From assembly GCA_963823665.1 (NCBI GenBank), contig CAWGMQ010000010.1, forward strand, positions 1,440,001 to 1,504,000: a stretch of DNA of 64,000 bases. The letters run 5' to 3'. The translations under genes and the position numbers were made by a program. Source of the DNA: an uncultured Planctomycetota bacterium. GTDB taxonomy: Bacteria; Planctomycetota; Planctomycetia; Isosphaerales; Isosphaeraceae. The notes beneath the pieces are model-generated. The model made no database searches. It saw nothing but the letters and a program-made list of their open reading frames with translations, and had not been told where the DNA came from. Shown piece by piece: positions 10,089 through 20,247 of this stretch (position 1 is the first letter of the stretch; each line of letters opens with the position of its first letter).

Positions 10089-10601
10089 TTAGCCGCCCAC
10101 CGCTTGCTCAACCTCGGCGGCCATCGGCAGCAGTTCATCCTCGGAAATGGAGGTCAGCTTCTCATCCGCCGCCGATTCCTCATCGAGCGTTTCTTGCAGG
10201 AGCTCGGCAACGTCCGCATGACCGAGCTGCTGAGCAAACGTTCGGGCGGTACCATACGCCGAGATTTCGTAGTGCTCCACTCGCTGCGCCGCGGCGATCA
10301 GCGCCGAATCGATGACGGGTCCAGGTCCCTCGGCTTCAAGGACTTCGGCTCCCTCTTCGATCAGTCCCTCCATCGCCTTGCATTTCTTCCCGGAGAGCTT
10401 GATGCCGAGAGACTCACCGATCTGGTCCAGTCGCTCGACCTGATGCTTGGTCTCTTCCAGGTGGTTTGTGATCGCTTCCTTGAGACTCTTGGCCGAAGCC
10501 TTCTTGGCCATCTTCGGCAATGCCTTCACGAGCTGATTCTCCGCACTATAGATGTCTTTGAGCTGATCTTCGAGCAACTTGGTGAGCGTCGGCATCTTCA
10601 T
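10089..10601 (-). CDS. Ferritin-like protein (YciE/YciF, DUF892)
   Basis: LKDIYSAENQL...HLEET...CKAMEGLIEE...AAQRVEHYEIS..YGT. Confidence 0.93.
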   Translation of the reverse strand: MKMPTLTKLLEDQLKDIYSAENQLVKALPKMAKKASAKSLKEAITNHLEETKHQVERLDQIGESLGIKLSGKKCKAMEGLIEEGAEVLEAEGPGPVIDSALIAAAQRVEHYEISAYGTARTFAQQLGHADVAELLQETLDEESAADEKLTSISEDELLPMAAEVEQAVGG

Positions 10602-10776
10602 GTTGCACCTCAGTTGGATTGAATTTCGAGAGTGAACGAACCGGACACAGTCATCAGGGGCCGGGCGGGCCAGCGTGTCGCGAATCCGTCATCACACGAA
10701 TGGCGTGCGCAGTTTTTCGTCCGCCCCTGGAATGCTGCGAATTCCACGGAGCAAACGGTATGCCGAGATCTGGTGA

Positions 10777-10971
10777 GATGATGGGCTATCGCTGGGATCA
10801 TTTGGAATCGACGGCTCAACGGTCGGATTCGATGTCAATTTCGCGAATGCCAACAATGCGATCTACACCGCACTGGTTCCGGAGCCGAGCAGCTCACTAC
10901 TGCTGGTCCTTGGCGTGGCCGGACTGGCCGGCGCGCGCCTGTGGCGGGCTCGCCGGCAACGGTGCGCATGA
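10777..10971 (+). pseudogene. Orphan C-terminal fragment of a PEP-CTERM protein
   Basis: Frame 1 reads ...IYTALVPEPSSSLLLVLGVAGLAGARLWRARRQRCA*; in-frame TGA at 10774 and no usable start. Confidence 0.75.
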
Positions 10972-11123
10972 TGCGCCGCGGCACGATGGCGGCGCTCGAA
11001 GCGGCGGCTCCAAGCGGCGAGAGGCTTCGGCCCACTTGACGTCCCGCGGCGGCGTCCTCTAGCATCAAACCGATACTACGCCTCGAGCCCAAGCCGTCTT
11101 CCTCTGTTTATTGAATGCACGCC

Positions 11124-11488
11124 ATGCCCACGTTGATCGAAAAGCCGGTCCGGATCGAGGCCGCTGGAAACAAGCCCAAGCTGATCGATGAGTTCGTCGG
11201 CCGGGTGAACACCCAAGATTCCACGGTGAGCATCGCACGGATGCGGTCTCCCTCCGGGTGGGTCGAGCCGGGGCAGAGGCCCGACTTTGACGAATACACG
11301 ATTGTTCTTGCCGGGTCACTGCGAGTCGAGCACGAGGCCGGGCTCATCGACGTCGATGCCGGGCAGGCTGTGCTTGTGAGACGGGGCGAGTGGGTGCGTT
11401 ACAGCACGCCCGGGCCCGGGGTGCCGAATATATCGCGGTCTGTCTGCCGGCTTTCTCGATCGAGACTGTTCACCGCGACGCGTCGTGA
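11124..11488 (+). CDS. Cupin-domain protein (frameshift near 11420)
   Basis: GWVEPGQRPDFDEYTIVLAG cupin motif; the other frame continues AEYIAVCLPAFS...HRD*; the ORF track fuses it to the SDR. Confidence 0.85.
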
Positions 11489-11522
11489 GGCACTCACTTT
11501 CCTGGCGGTGCGGAAGGGCTGC

Positions 11523-12410
11523 ATGCAAGGACAGGTCTGCCTGGTGACCGGCGCGACCGCCGGAATTGGTCTGGTCACGGCGCGCGAGCTGGCGCGAAAG
11601 GGTGCGCACGTCATCCTGGTCGGGCGCTCGAGCGAGCGATGCTCGCGCGCGGCGGACGAAATCCGCGCGGCAGCCGGGTCGAGCTCGGTCGAGTGGCTGG
11701 TGGCCGACCTCAGCTCGCAGGCCGAGGTTCGGCGGCTCGCTGAAGACGTGCGCCGGCGAACGCAGCGTCTGGACGTGCTGGTCAACAACGCCGGCGGCAT
11801 CTTCTGGAAACGGCAGGAAAGCGCCGACGGAATTGAAATGACGTTTGCCCTGAACCACTTATCCTATTTCCTGCTGACCGACCTGCTGCGTCCGCTGCTC
11901 GAGAAGAGCGCACCGGCACGCGTTGTGAGCGTTTCTTCCGAAGCCCACAAGGGCGTTTCGATCGAGTTTGGTGACGTCGAAGGGAAAAAAAAGTTCGGCG
12001 GCTGGCGTGCCTACAAGCAGTCAAAACTGGCGAACATCCTGTTCACGCTCGAGCTGGTGCGGCGGCTGCATGGAACGCGGGTGACGGCGAACACGCTTCA
12101 TCCGGGTTTCGTGCGCACGAGCTTCCTGCGTCAGGGCGGCGCGATCGGATGGCTGCTGCGACGCGCCAGCGACTTGATCGCCTTGTCGCCGGATGAAGGA
12201 GCGAAGACATCCATTTATCTCGCATCCTCACCCGACGTGGCCCAGGTCACCGGCCGCTACTTTATCAAGGAACGGCCGGTCGAGAGCTCGCGGCAATCGC
12301 GCGACGCCCACGCCGCCCTTCGCCTCTGGCGGCTGAGCGAGGAAATGACCGGCCTTCAATCCGACGAGCGAACGGAAACGGCGGAAGGGAGAAGGTCGAC
12401 CGAGTCCTGA
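11523..12410 (+). CDS. SDR family oxidoreductase (retinol-dehydrogenase-like)
   Basis: TGATAGIG, NNAG, YKQSK catalytic motif, HPGFVRT. Confidence 0.93.
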   Translation: MQGQVCLVTGATAGIGLVTARELARKGAHVILVGRSSERCSRAADEIRAAAGSSSVEWLVADLSSQAEVRRLAEDVRRRTQRLDVLVNNAGGIFWKRQESADGIEMTFALNHLSYFLLTDLLRPLLEKSAPARVVSVSSEAHKGVSIEFGDVEGKKKFGGWRAYKQSKLANILFTLELVRRLHGTRVTANTLHPGFVRTSFLRQGGAIGWLLRRASDLIALSPDEGAKTSIYLASSPDVAQVTGRYFIKERPVESSRQSRDAHAALRLWRLSEEMTGLQSDERTETAEGRRSTES

Positions 12411-12412
12411 TT

Positions 12413-12973
12413 CTAGGCTTCCGTTCCGTGCAGCCGTTTCAGAAGCTGAATCTGGCCGGCGTGATAGACGTCGTGCAACGCGATTCCATAAATCTGCGTG
12501 AGGAAGCGAACCTTGCCTCCCTGCGGAAACTCGTCGAGCCGGTCCGGCGGGAACGCGGCGATCGTCTGGCGCAGCGCGAGGTGTTCCCGGTCGAGGAGTG
12601 CGGTATATTCCTTCCACGCGGCTTCGCTCAGAGACGAGGCGATCGCGAACCAGTTGCTGCCCTTGAGCGGGAATGAACCGCGTTTTTCGCCCGTAAGCCG
12701 CCGGCGGACCGCGTACTTCCAGTAGGCGCAGTGCACGACATTATCGGCGATCGAATGGCGCGGCGGGCTTGGGCGCCATGCGGCTTCTGCCGCGGAGACC
12801 CGGCGGATCGATCCTTTCAAATTCGGTCCGTGCCAGGCTTTCTTGTCGTAGCCTTCGTCGACCAAGCGGAGCAGCAAGGAGATCTCGGCGCCGGGGCTTG
12901 CAGTGGACGCGGGAATCTGGTCGTGCTTGAGGCCGGGACGGACTCGATGTCGTTCTGCGTGGATGACTGTCAT
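12413..12973 (-). CDS. DinB family protein
   Basis: AWHGP, HSIA...H..YW, HDVYHAGQI. Confidence 0.88.
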   Translation of the reverse strand: MTVIHAERHRVRPGLKHDQIPASTASPGAEISLLLRLVDEGYDKKAWHGPNLKGSIRRVSAAEAAWRPSPPRHSIADNVVHCAYWKYAVRRRLTGEKRGSFPLKGSNWFAIASSLSEAAWKEYTALLDREHLALRQTIAAFPPDRLDEFPQGGKVRFLTQIYGIALHDVYHAGQIQLLKRLHGTEA

Positions 12974-13186
12974 GGATCGCTCGCGGGATGAGGCCCCGGC
13001 ATCCTGGTGCGCCGGTCGGGCTAGGGCGGGAAACGTGTGGTGCGCCTCTCGTTTCGATTATATCGCCGCAAAATCACTCACAACAGTTTCGGCCGTTGGT
13101 TTAGAATGCGCAAATCGATCCGCGGCGCCTCGGGTTCGCGGCAGGCGGCGTTGTTTTTTTGATCATCAGGGTTGAGGTGAATCCTC

Positions 13187-14410
13187 GTGCGCGTGAACGT
13201 TAACTTCCACGGCGAGACTCTCGAGATTGAGCTTCCGGACGAGCAACTGGTCGCCGCCTGGCAGGCGCCGGTGGGTCGCACTCGCGCGGAATCCGCGGTG
13301 ATGATCGGCGCGGCGCTGGACGCTCCACGGGATTTTCCACCCTTGCGGCAGACCGTCGTTCCGGGCGACCGCGTGACGCTCGCGTTTGACCCATCGATTC
13401 CGGATGGCGGCCTCGTTCTGGAAGCGATTGCGGGCAGGTTGATCGATGCGGGCGTCGAGCCCGGGGGCCTGACGGTGCTCCTGCCGCAGGCGAGCTCGAT
13501 CGAGCTGGAAAAATCGCTGCCTGCCGGAGCGGTGCTCGCCGTGCATGACCCGGATGATCGCAGCCAGTTGGCGTATCTCGCGACGACGAAGCAAGGGCGG
13601 CGTGTCTACCTCAGCCGGCATGTCACCGACGCCGACCTGGTCATTCCGGCCGGGCGCATCGGATTCGACCCGATTCTGGGCCACTGCGGCCCCTGGAGCG
13701 TTCTCTTTCCTGGGCTGGCCAGCCGCGAGATTCTTCAGGAACATCGGAGCTTACTTCGTGCCGACGACGGCAACGCCCGCCAGGAGAGCTCGGCACGGTC
13801 GAACCGCGAGGAGTCACTCGAGGTGAGCTGGCTGCTGGGCACGCAATTTCACGTCGGGGTTGTCGCCGCCCTGGATGGGTTTGCCGAGGTGACCGCCGGG
13901 CGGGAGACCTCGGTGTGCGAGCAAGGGATCGCGTGGCTCGACGAGCGCTGGACGTTTCGTCCGGAATCGCGCGCGGAGATCGTCGTCGCCGGTGTGGGAT
14001 GCGGCCCGGCGGCGGCCACGCTCGACGCCCTTGCGGAGGGCCTTGCGACCGCCAGGCGGCTGGTGCAGCGCGGGGGCAAGATCGTCGTGCTCTCGCGTGC
14101 GGCCGGCCCGGTTGGACCGGCGCTTCGATGCCTGATCGACGCAGGTGGGGCAGAGCGCGGACCGACTCTGCTACACGGCCACCAGAAGGACGACGACTTC
14201 CACATCGCGCTACGGATCGCGGAGGCCGTTGCCTGGGCGGACGTGTTCCTGTACAGCGGGATGGATCGCGAGCTGGTCGAAGAATTATCGATGGTCGCGC
14301 TCGAGAAACCGGAACAGGCCCGTCGCCTGGTGGCGCAATGTCGCTCGGCCACGTTTGTGAGCGCGGCGGACTGGACGAGAGCACGTGCGCAGGGCGACGA
14401 TGAGTCTTGA
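13187..14410 (+). CDS. Lactate racemase (LarA) N-domain-like protein
   Basis: AALDAP.DFPPL...PGDRV, HDPDD...YLATT..GRRVYLSR...DADLVI. Confidence 0.75.
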   Translation: MRVNVNFHGETLEIELPDEQLVAAWQAPVGRTRAESAVMIGAALDAPRDFPPLRQTVVPGDRVTLAFDPSIPDGGLVLEAIAGRLIDAGVEPGGLTVLLPQASSIELEKSLPAGAVLAVHDPDDRSQLAYLATTKQGRRVYLSRHVTDADLVIPAGRIGFDPILGHCGPWSVLFPGLASREILQEHRSLLRADDGNARQESSARSNREESLEVSWLLGTQFHVGVVAALDGFAEVTAGRETSVCEQGIAWLDERWTFRPESRAEIVVAGVGCGPAAATLDALAEGLATARRLVQRGGKIVVLSRAAGPVGPALRCLIDAGGAERGPTLLHGHQKDDDFHIALRIAEAVAWADVFLYSGMDRELVEELSMVALEKPEQARRLVAQCRSATFVSAADWTRARAQGDDES

Positions 14411-14455
14411 TCGAAGCCGGGAGACGACTGAACTTCATTGCGGATCGAGAGCACC

Positions 14456-15481
14456 ATGTCTGACGCCCAGGTTTTTCACAGCATCGCGGGCCGCGCCGGC
14501 CTGTTTGATCGATCGGACCGCTGCCGGCTCGCCATCAGCGGGCCGGACCGGGCCAAGTTTCTGCATAACCTGGTCACAAACGAGGTCAAACGGCTGCCGG
14601 TGGGCCGAGGCTGCGAGGCGTTCGTCACGAGTCCGCAAGGCAAAACGATTGCGTTCGTGATCGTGCTGGCGACCGAGGACTCGATCTTGCTGGGCACCGA
14701 CCCGGGTGGAACCGACGCGCTGCTTCCTCATCTGGCGAAGTACGGCGTTTTCGACGACGTCGCGATCGAGGATCGTTCGGGGTCGACGTTTGAGTACCAC
14801 GTGGCTGGTCCCGCGGCTGAAGAAGTCGTGAGGAAGTGCCTGGGCCAGCTTCCGGAAGGTGTTGACTTGGCGCACGTGCAAGCCGCGTTCGGGGGAGAAC
14901 CCGTCAGGCTCATTCGTGAATCGCCGGCGGGAATGCCAGGCTTCTCGCTGGTCGGCAATCTCGACGCGGGTGTTGCGCTCAAAGCCGGCTTGCTCTCAGC
15001 CGGGAGAGGGCTGGGCCTGGTCGAAGCCGGTGGTGACGTATTCGAGGTCTTGCGGATCGAGGCGGGCACGCCGGTGTTCGGCAAGGACATCACCGAGAAG
15101 AATCTTCCCCAGGAAATCGGCCGGGATTCTCGAGCGATCAATTTCGTCAAGGGTTGCTACCTGGGTCAGGAGACCGTGGCGCGACTTGACGCACTCGGGC
15201 ACGTGAATCAAGTGCTGAAGGGCCTGCGATTTGAACCGGGCTCGCCGTGCCCTGAGCCGGGATGCCCGCTGGAAGAAGAAGGCAAGAGAGCGGGCGAGGT
15301 GACATCGGCGGCATTCTCGCCGGTACGAAACGCTCCAATCGCTCTGGCGATGGTTCGGACCAAGCCGAGCGCGGCGGGCACGAACGTTCAGATCGCACTG
15401 CCGGGCGGCAGCGTGGTTGCCGCGATCGTCAGCGACTTGCCGTTTCACGCTCACTCGAGCGAAAAAAATGGAACGCTTTGA
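14456..15481 (+). CDS. YgfZ/GcvT family folate-binding protein
   Basis: KGCYLGQETVAR signature, GPDRAKFLHNLVTN, LRIEAG. Confidence 0.92.
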   Translation: MSDAQVFHSIAGRAGLFDRSDRCRLAISGPDRAKFLHNLVTNEVKRLPVGRGCEAFVTSPQGKTIAFVIVLATEDSILLGTDPGGTDALLPHLAKYGVFDDVAIEDRSGSTFEYHVAGPAAEEVVRKCLGQLPEGVDLAHVQAAFGGEPVRLIRESPAGMPGFSLVGNLDAGVALKAGLLSAGRGLGLVEAGGDVFEVLRIEAGTPVFGKDITEKNLPQEIGRDSRAINFVKGCYLGQETVARLDALGHVNQVLKGLRFEPGSPCPEPGCPLEEEGKRAGEVTSAAFSPVRNAPIALAMVRTKPSAAGTNVQIALPGGSVVAAIVSDLPFHAHSSEKNGTL

Positions 15482-15530
15482 ACTTTGACTGCATGAAGAG
15501 AGTGAGTCATCGATCTTGACGTACGGGGTC

Positions 15531-17008
15531 ATGGCCATGAGGCAGTCGCCGGCGGTTCTCCACGACATTCACACGCTGTTTCAGGACGGGACGAGCAACG
15601 GCCTGACTGACGCCGACTTGCTCGATCGGTTCAGGGCGCGGTCTGATCTCGATGCGTCGGAGGCCGCATTCGCAGGTCTCTTGGCCCGCCACGGCCCGAT
15701 GGTTCTTGGTGTCTGCCGTCGCGCCCTGCGAAACCCGGAAGACGTCGCCGACGCGTTTCAAGCGACGTTCTTGATCCTGGTTCGTAAAGCGGATTCCGTG
15801 CGGGTGGACGACTCGCTGGGACGCTGGCTCTACGGAGTGAGCCGCCGGGTCTCGGTCCGCGCGAAACTCGCGGAGGCCCGCCGGTCGGCCAGGCAGGTTC
15901 CAGGAGCCGAGCTCGCGGCAGCCCCGGCTGACGACGCCGATCGGGACGAGCTGCGCGACGTTCTGGACGAGGAGATCGGCCGGTTACCAGAGAAATTCCG
16001 CTCGGCGGTGGTGCTCTGTGAACTGCAAGGATTCGGTCATGACGAGGCGGCGCGGCGATTGGGATGTGCCGTGGGCACGGTCAAGAGCCGGCTGAGTCGC
16101 GCACGGGAGAAGCTTCGCTCTCGGTTGATTCGCCGGGGCGTCGCGCCCGCGGCCTGGGCGGTGTATGCCGAGTCTTCATCGGCCGCGGTACCGGCAAAAC
16201 TGATGGAGGCGACAATCAACTCCGCGACCGCCGGCGCGGATGGGTCTATTCCACCGGCAGTCACTTTTCTTATCGAAGGAGTGTTACGAGCCATGTTACT
16301 GAAAAAGGTGTCGATGATCGCGGTCACCGTCGTCGCGGGCCTCGCTCTGGCGAGCAGCGCGGCAGTCCTGCGCGACAGGCAGCAGCGTTCCCGAGAGAAG
16401 GGCAACAGGACGGGCAACGCGATGAACGGAAATTCAGCGGCGACAATGAATTGAGCAACACTTCCGCTTCGTCCGGCGCCCTCTCTCGCGAATCGACGGA
16501 ACAGCAGGATGAAGCGATTGACCAGCTCGAGTTACTTCGCTTGGATATCGAACTACTCGCAGGGGAAGTCGACGCTCGTAAACTGGCGATCGGTCATACT
16601 ACTCAGAGTGTCATTCAGATGCGAGTTTCGGGCCGCGTTTCTAATACCAACGACGTTCTCCAAGGGCAGGCCAGGCAAGATCGCCTCGAAGTGCTGGAAA
16701 AAGGTCTTAACGAGGTACGGAGAGTATGGATCGCAAAGAATCGGGAGCTCAGGAAGAAAAAATCCGAGCTGGGCGAACTGGAGGCGAACGCCCAACGTGA
16801 AAGAAACAATCGGGTGGCTGGAATCAGATCCCCGCAGACGGCTGGCAAAGACAAAAGGGAAGCCGACAGGAAGAACGCAGCTTCCAATCAGCTCGCAGGC
16901 TCGCCCTCGATCGCACCGGTGCTGGAGAAACGTTTGTCCGAGATTGAACGGAAGCTCGACAGTGTTTTGAACGCACTGGAGGACTTGAAACGCGAACCGC
17001 GCGAGTGA
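15531..17008 (+). CDS. ECF RNA polymerase sigma factor with TM helix and coiled-coil extension (frameshift near 16370)
   Basis: RHGPMVLGVCRR...DAFQATFLIL (region 2), GTVKSRLSRAR (region 4); C-terminus continues in ORF 16064-17008 (LEKRLSEIERKLD). Confidence 0.88.
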
Positions 17009-17087
17009 CTCGCCTTCACGCAGCGGGCACGGCGGCGATAAGTCAGCAGGTAACAGCTTTGCTGTAGGCCGCGTGAACAGTGATTGT

Positions 17088-17241
17088 CTAGGACCCCTCG
17101 AGTCGGCCGTCCCGCTCGTCGCGCTCGAATCTGCTCGTCCCAGAGGCGATCGGCATATTCCGCGAGCCAGGCCCGGACGCGAGCCACATCGCTGGCGGGC
17201 AGACGTTCGATCGCGGCGGTAATCTCGTCGAGTGTGCTCAT
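17088..17241 (-). pseudogene. Truncated small antitoxin-like protein
   Basis: MSTLDEITAAIERLP...RVRAWL...WDEQI, then (after a 1-nt shift) ERDERDGRLE ending at ggggtcctag; no partner toxin seen. Confidence 0.55.
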
Positions 17242-17284
17242 GAGCAACTCAGCAATCCACAATTCTTGAAGTTATGACTGATGT

Positions 17285-18154
17285 TTATCGACGGCTTGGT
17301 GCCAGGGTAAGCCGAGAACTGCTACAGGTGGATTCGGCGCTCTTCTCGGCGATGATTTCCAATACCATTGGTGTCAGCATCACGGTTGTTGGATCCGATT
17401 CGGCCATCGCCCATTCGTTTCTCACTCGATCGCAGAAGCCCGCGTCCACTCGACCGAGCTCGAGGAGTCTCCGAAGATTGGTGTCCAGGAATGATGCAGG
17501 CCAGCGCCAGTGGAAATCTGCAGGGTGGACTGCGAAGATGATCGGTTCCACATGAGTAAGACGAAAACCTGCGGCCGTGAGCACGAGGGGAAGCGCGAGG
17601 GCCACGTCAGGTTCTCCGCCCGTGGCCTGCCAACTCGCCATTACCTCGGCAACGAATGCCTCGACGGCGTGTCGGCGTGGGGCGAGCCGCCAGGTCCGAT
17701 AGTCGGCGTATTCATGAAAGACAACTCTGCCCCCGACGCGGAGGGTCTGGTGGATCGCCCGCACGAGCTGCTCAGGGCTTTTGACAAATGACGCTACCCA
17801 CCGGCACCAGGCCACGTCGAATCCGGCTGCCTGGATCGGTTCGGACATCAAATCGAGCTCGTGGACGCGGACGTTGTTCAAACCGTGCCTGGCGACCGCA
17901 TCTCTCAACGCAGTGACGAACCGATCTGACCGCTCCGCCGCCACGACCTCGCCGCGGTCTCCGACGATCTCGGCCAGATCAACGGTCGCGAAGCCGGGGC
18001 CCGCACCAACGTCGAGGACGCGCGATCCAACCGTCGCGCCTGCGCGCCTCAGTGCGTCGAGCATCCTTGGCCGCCAGACTCGGTGCTGCAGGCCCAGTCG
18101 CTGTAGTTCCTCCTCATGCGTTCCAAGGACATAGTCGCGATCCAAAGTACCCAT
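17285..18154 (-). CDS. Class I SAM-dependent methyltransferase
   Basis: YVLG...EL.RL..QH N-terminus, VLDVGAGPG motif I, FDVAWCRW, LRVGGRVV. Confidence 0.92.
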   Translation of the reverse strand: MGTLDRDYVLGTHEEELQRLGLQHRVWRPRMLDALRRAGATVGSRVLDVGAGPGFATVDLAEIVGDRGEVVAAERSDRFVTALRDAVARHGLNNVRVHELDLMSEPIQAAGFDVAWCRWVASFVKSPEQLVRAIHQTLRVGGRVVFHEYADYRTWRLAPRRHAVEAFVAEVMASWQATGGEPDVALALPLVLTAAGFRLTHVEPIIFAVHPADFHWRWPASFLDTNLRRLLELGRVDAGFCDRVRNEWAMAESDPTTVMLTPMVLEIIAEKSAESTCSSSRLTLAPSRR

Positions 18155-18476
18155 GTCTTGCCCTTTCCCAACGTTTGACCTGGTGGGGAGTTTGGACAAG
18201 ATATCGCGAGCGGAACGAGCCGTCTCGCCGTTTCCGGCCGTGCAATTGCGATTCGGGCAATCTGGAGCCAGAGGCATTCTGGAGCCAGACACCCAACCTC
18301 TGGAGTTGGTTCCGGGGCACCCGTTGCAGACATCCACCGCTCAGGGGGCACCCGAGCTGTTCGCAGCAGCGGACGCGTCCAAACGCTGGCGACCTACCCG
18401 AGCGCACACGATTGCTGACCGTGCGTCTTACAGCGCGTGCTGTGCGCAACGTCGGCCGCGAGGCGCCCTGCGAACG

Positions 18477-18544
18477 CGGGACGCGAACCGGTGTCAGTCA
18501 CGTGTGCAGGTTTCGCCCGGGACCCACTCCGGTTGGTGGGTGTC
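18477..18544 (+). repeat. 68-bp direct repeat, copy 1 (ends in the intron target site)
   Basis: 67/68 identical to 26468-26535. Confidence 0.92.
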
Positions 18545-18545
18545 T

Positions 18546-19278
18546 TTGCGTCAGGAAAAGCTCGAGAAAGGAGGAAGTGCCTCGAAACACAGAAACCTTT
18601 CATCGCGACCCTGCGGGTTAACGAATCCCGCCCGGCAGAGCCTGGCCGGCAGCCGGAAGCAAGTCTTGCGTGGGGAGGGGTGACCCTCACTGCGAAGCGT
18701 AGACAGCGAGTCTCCATGCCATGCTATCGAGCCCCGAAATACTCATCGTGGGAGCCTCCGTTGTAGACACAAGCGGGGGCCGTGTCGACACGCCGCAATG
18801 GCCTGGCGTGTTCGGTCCTGCCGGGGTCCAAGAACATGGCGCAGGGACGCGAGGGTTGCTCGGGAACCTGAGAGCCCCATCCGTCTCCACTGACATTTCC
18901 GGCTCGGGAACCGGAATACCAACTCCCCGGCCCACGACCCCGCGTCGGGTCGCTGGGAGCGAACAAGACGCAAGGGTGGTATCGCCAAACGAAGGCAACG
19001 AAGTGCGGCGAAATGGGCGGACGGGAGTCGGAGTGCTCCGTAGTAGCAGTGAAGCGGGGGAATGGGCCCTCCCAGACCCTGTGGAGCGAAGGGGGTACCG
19101 TGTCGCGGACTGGAAGCCGGAACCACGCCGAGGGCATTGGACCTCAGAGCGCGTCACCGCGAGGCGACCAGATCGTGAGAGGGACAGCGACGCCGCGACA
19201 TGACGAGCCGGATGCCTTAATTGGGCACGTCCGGATCAGTGGGAGCCCTGGCGGAGCGATCCGCCAGGGCGACCCGGC
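18546..19278 (+). mobile_element. ORF-less group II intron, copy 1 (733 nt)
   Basis: Domain V GAGCCGGATGCCTTAATTGGGCACGTCCGGATC at 19205-19237; domain VI hairpin with bulged A at 19272; 5' TTGCG; EBS1 AGACAC (18765-18770) in a stem-loop pairs with exon end GTGTCT; domain IV only ~100 nt. Confidence 0.92.
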
Positions 19279-19302
19279 GGTTTCCCCGGTTGGTGGGTGT
19301 CT

Positions 19303-20035
19303 TTGCGTCAGGAAAAGCTCGAGAAAGGAGGAGGTGCCTCGAAACACAGAAACCTTTCATCGCGACCCTGCGGGTTAACGAATCCCGCCCGGCAGAGCCT
19401 GGCCGGCAGCCGGAAGCAAGTCTTGCGTGGGGAGGGGTGACCCTCACTGCGAAGCGTAGACAGCGAGTCTCCATGCCATGCTATCGAGCCCCGAAATACT
19501 CATCGTGGGAGCCTCCGTTGTAGACACAAGCGGGGGCCGTGTCGACACGCCGCAATGGCCTGGCGTGTTCGGTCCTGCCGGGGTCCAAGAACATGGCGCA
19601 GGGACGCGAGGGTTGCTCGGGAACCTGAGAGCCCCATCCGTCTCCACTGACATTTCCGGCTCGGGAACCGGAATACCAACTCCCCGGCCCACGACCCCGC
19701 GTCGGGTCGCTGGGAGCGAACAAGACGCAAGGGTGGTATCGCCAAACGAAGGCAACGAAGTGCGGCGAAATGGGCGGACGGGAGTCGGAGTGCTCCGTAG
19801 TAGCAGTGAAGCGGGGGAATGGGCCCTCCCAGACCCTGTGGAGCGAAGGGGGTACCGTGTCGCGGACTGGAAGCCGGAACCACGCCGAGGGCATTGGACC
19901 TCAGAGCGCGTCACCGCGAGGCGACCAGATCGTGAGAGGGACAGCGACGCCGCGACATGACGAGCCGGATGCCTTAATTGGGCACGTCCGGATCAGTGGG
20001 AGCCCTGGCGGAGCGATCCGCCAGGGCGACCCGGC
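19303..20035 (+). mobile_element. ORF-less group II intron, copy 2 (733 nt)
   Basis: Tandem copy at an offset of 757 bp; one difference seen (A18576 vs G19333); same GTGTCT|GGTTTCCC target. Confidence 0.92.
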
Positions 20036-20247
20036 GGTTTCCCCCCCGCGTTCTTTGCGGTAATGTGTACTGATCTCACGATAATGTTCTCACTTAGAGT
20101 GCTTGTGGCAAGTGGAAGCCAAATCGGGTCGTCAGCCGCTTGCCGGCGCCGGCATCCGAGGACGATATGCAGCTTCGGCCGGATTGTGTCGCGGACTGCA
20201 TCGGCTTGCTTGGCGTGAGCCAACGATAGGACCCTGGCGAAAGGATT

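Noticed and set aside
11115..12410. Cupin-SDR fusion protein
   Set aside because: A frameshift near 11420 creates the fusion; each gene has its own end or start
18394..20063. Duplicated ORFs of 100-160 aa in the 757-bp repeat
   Set aside because: They overlap structured intron RNA, have no RT motifs (no YADD) and look like chance frames
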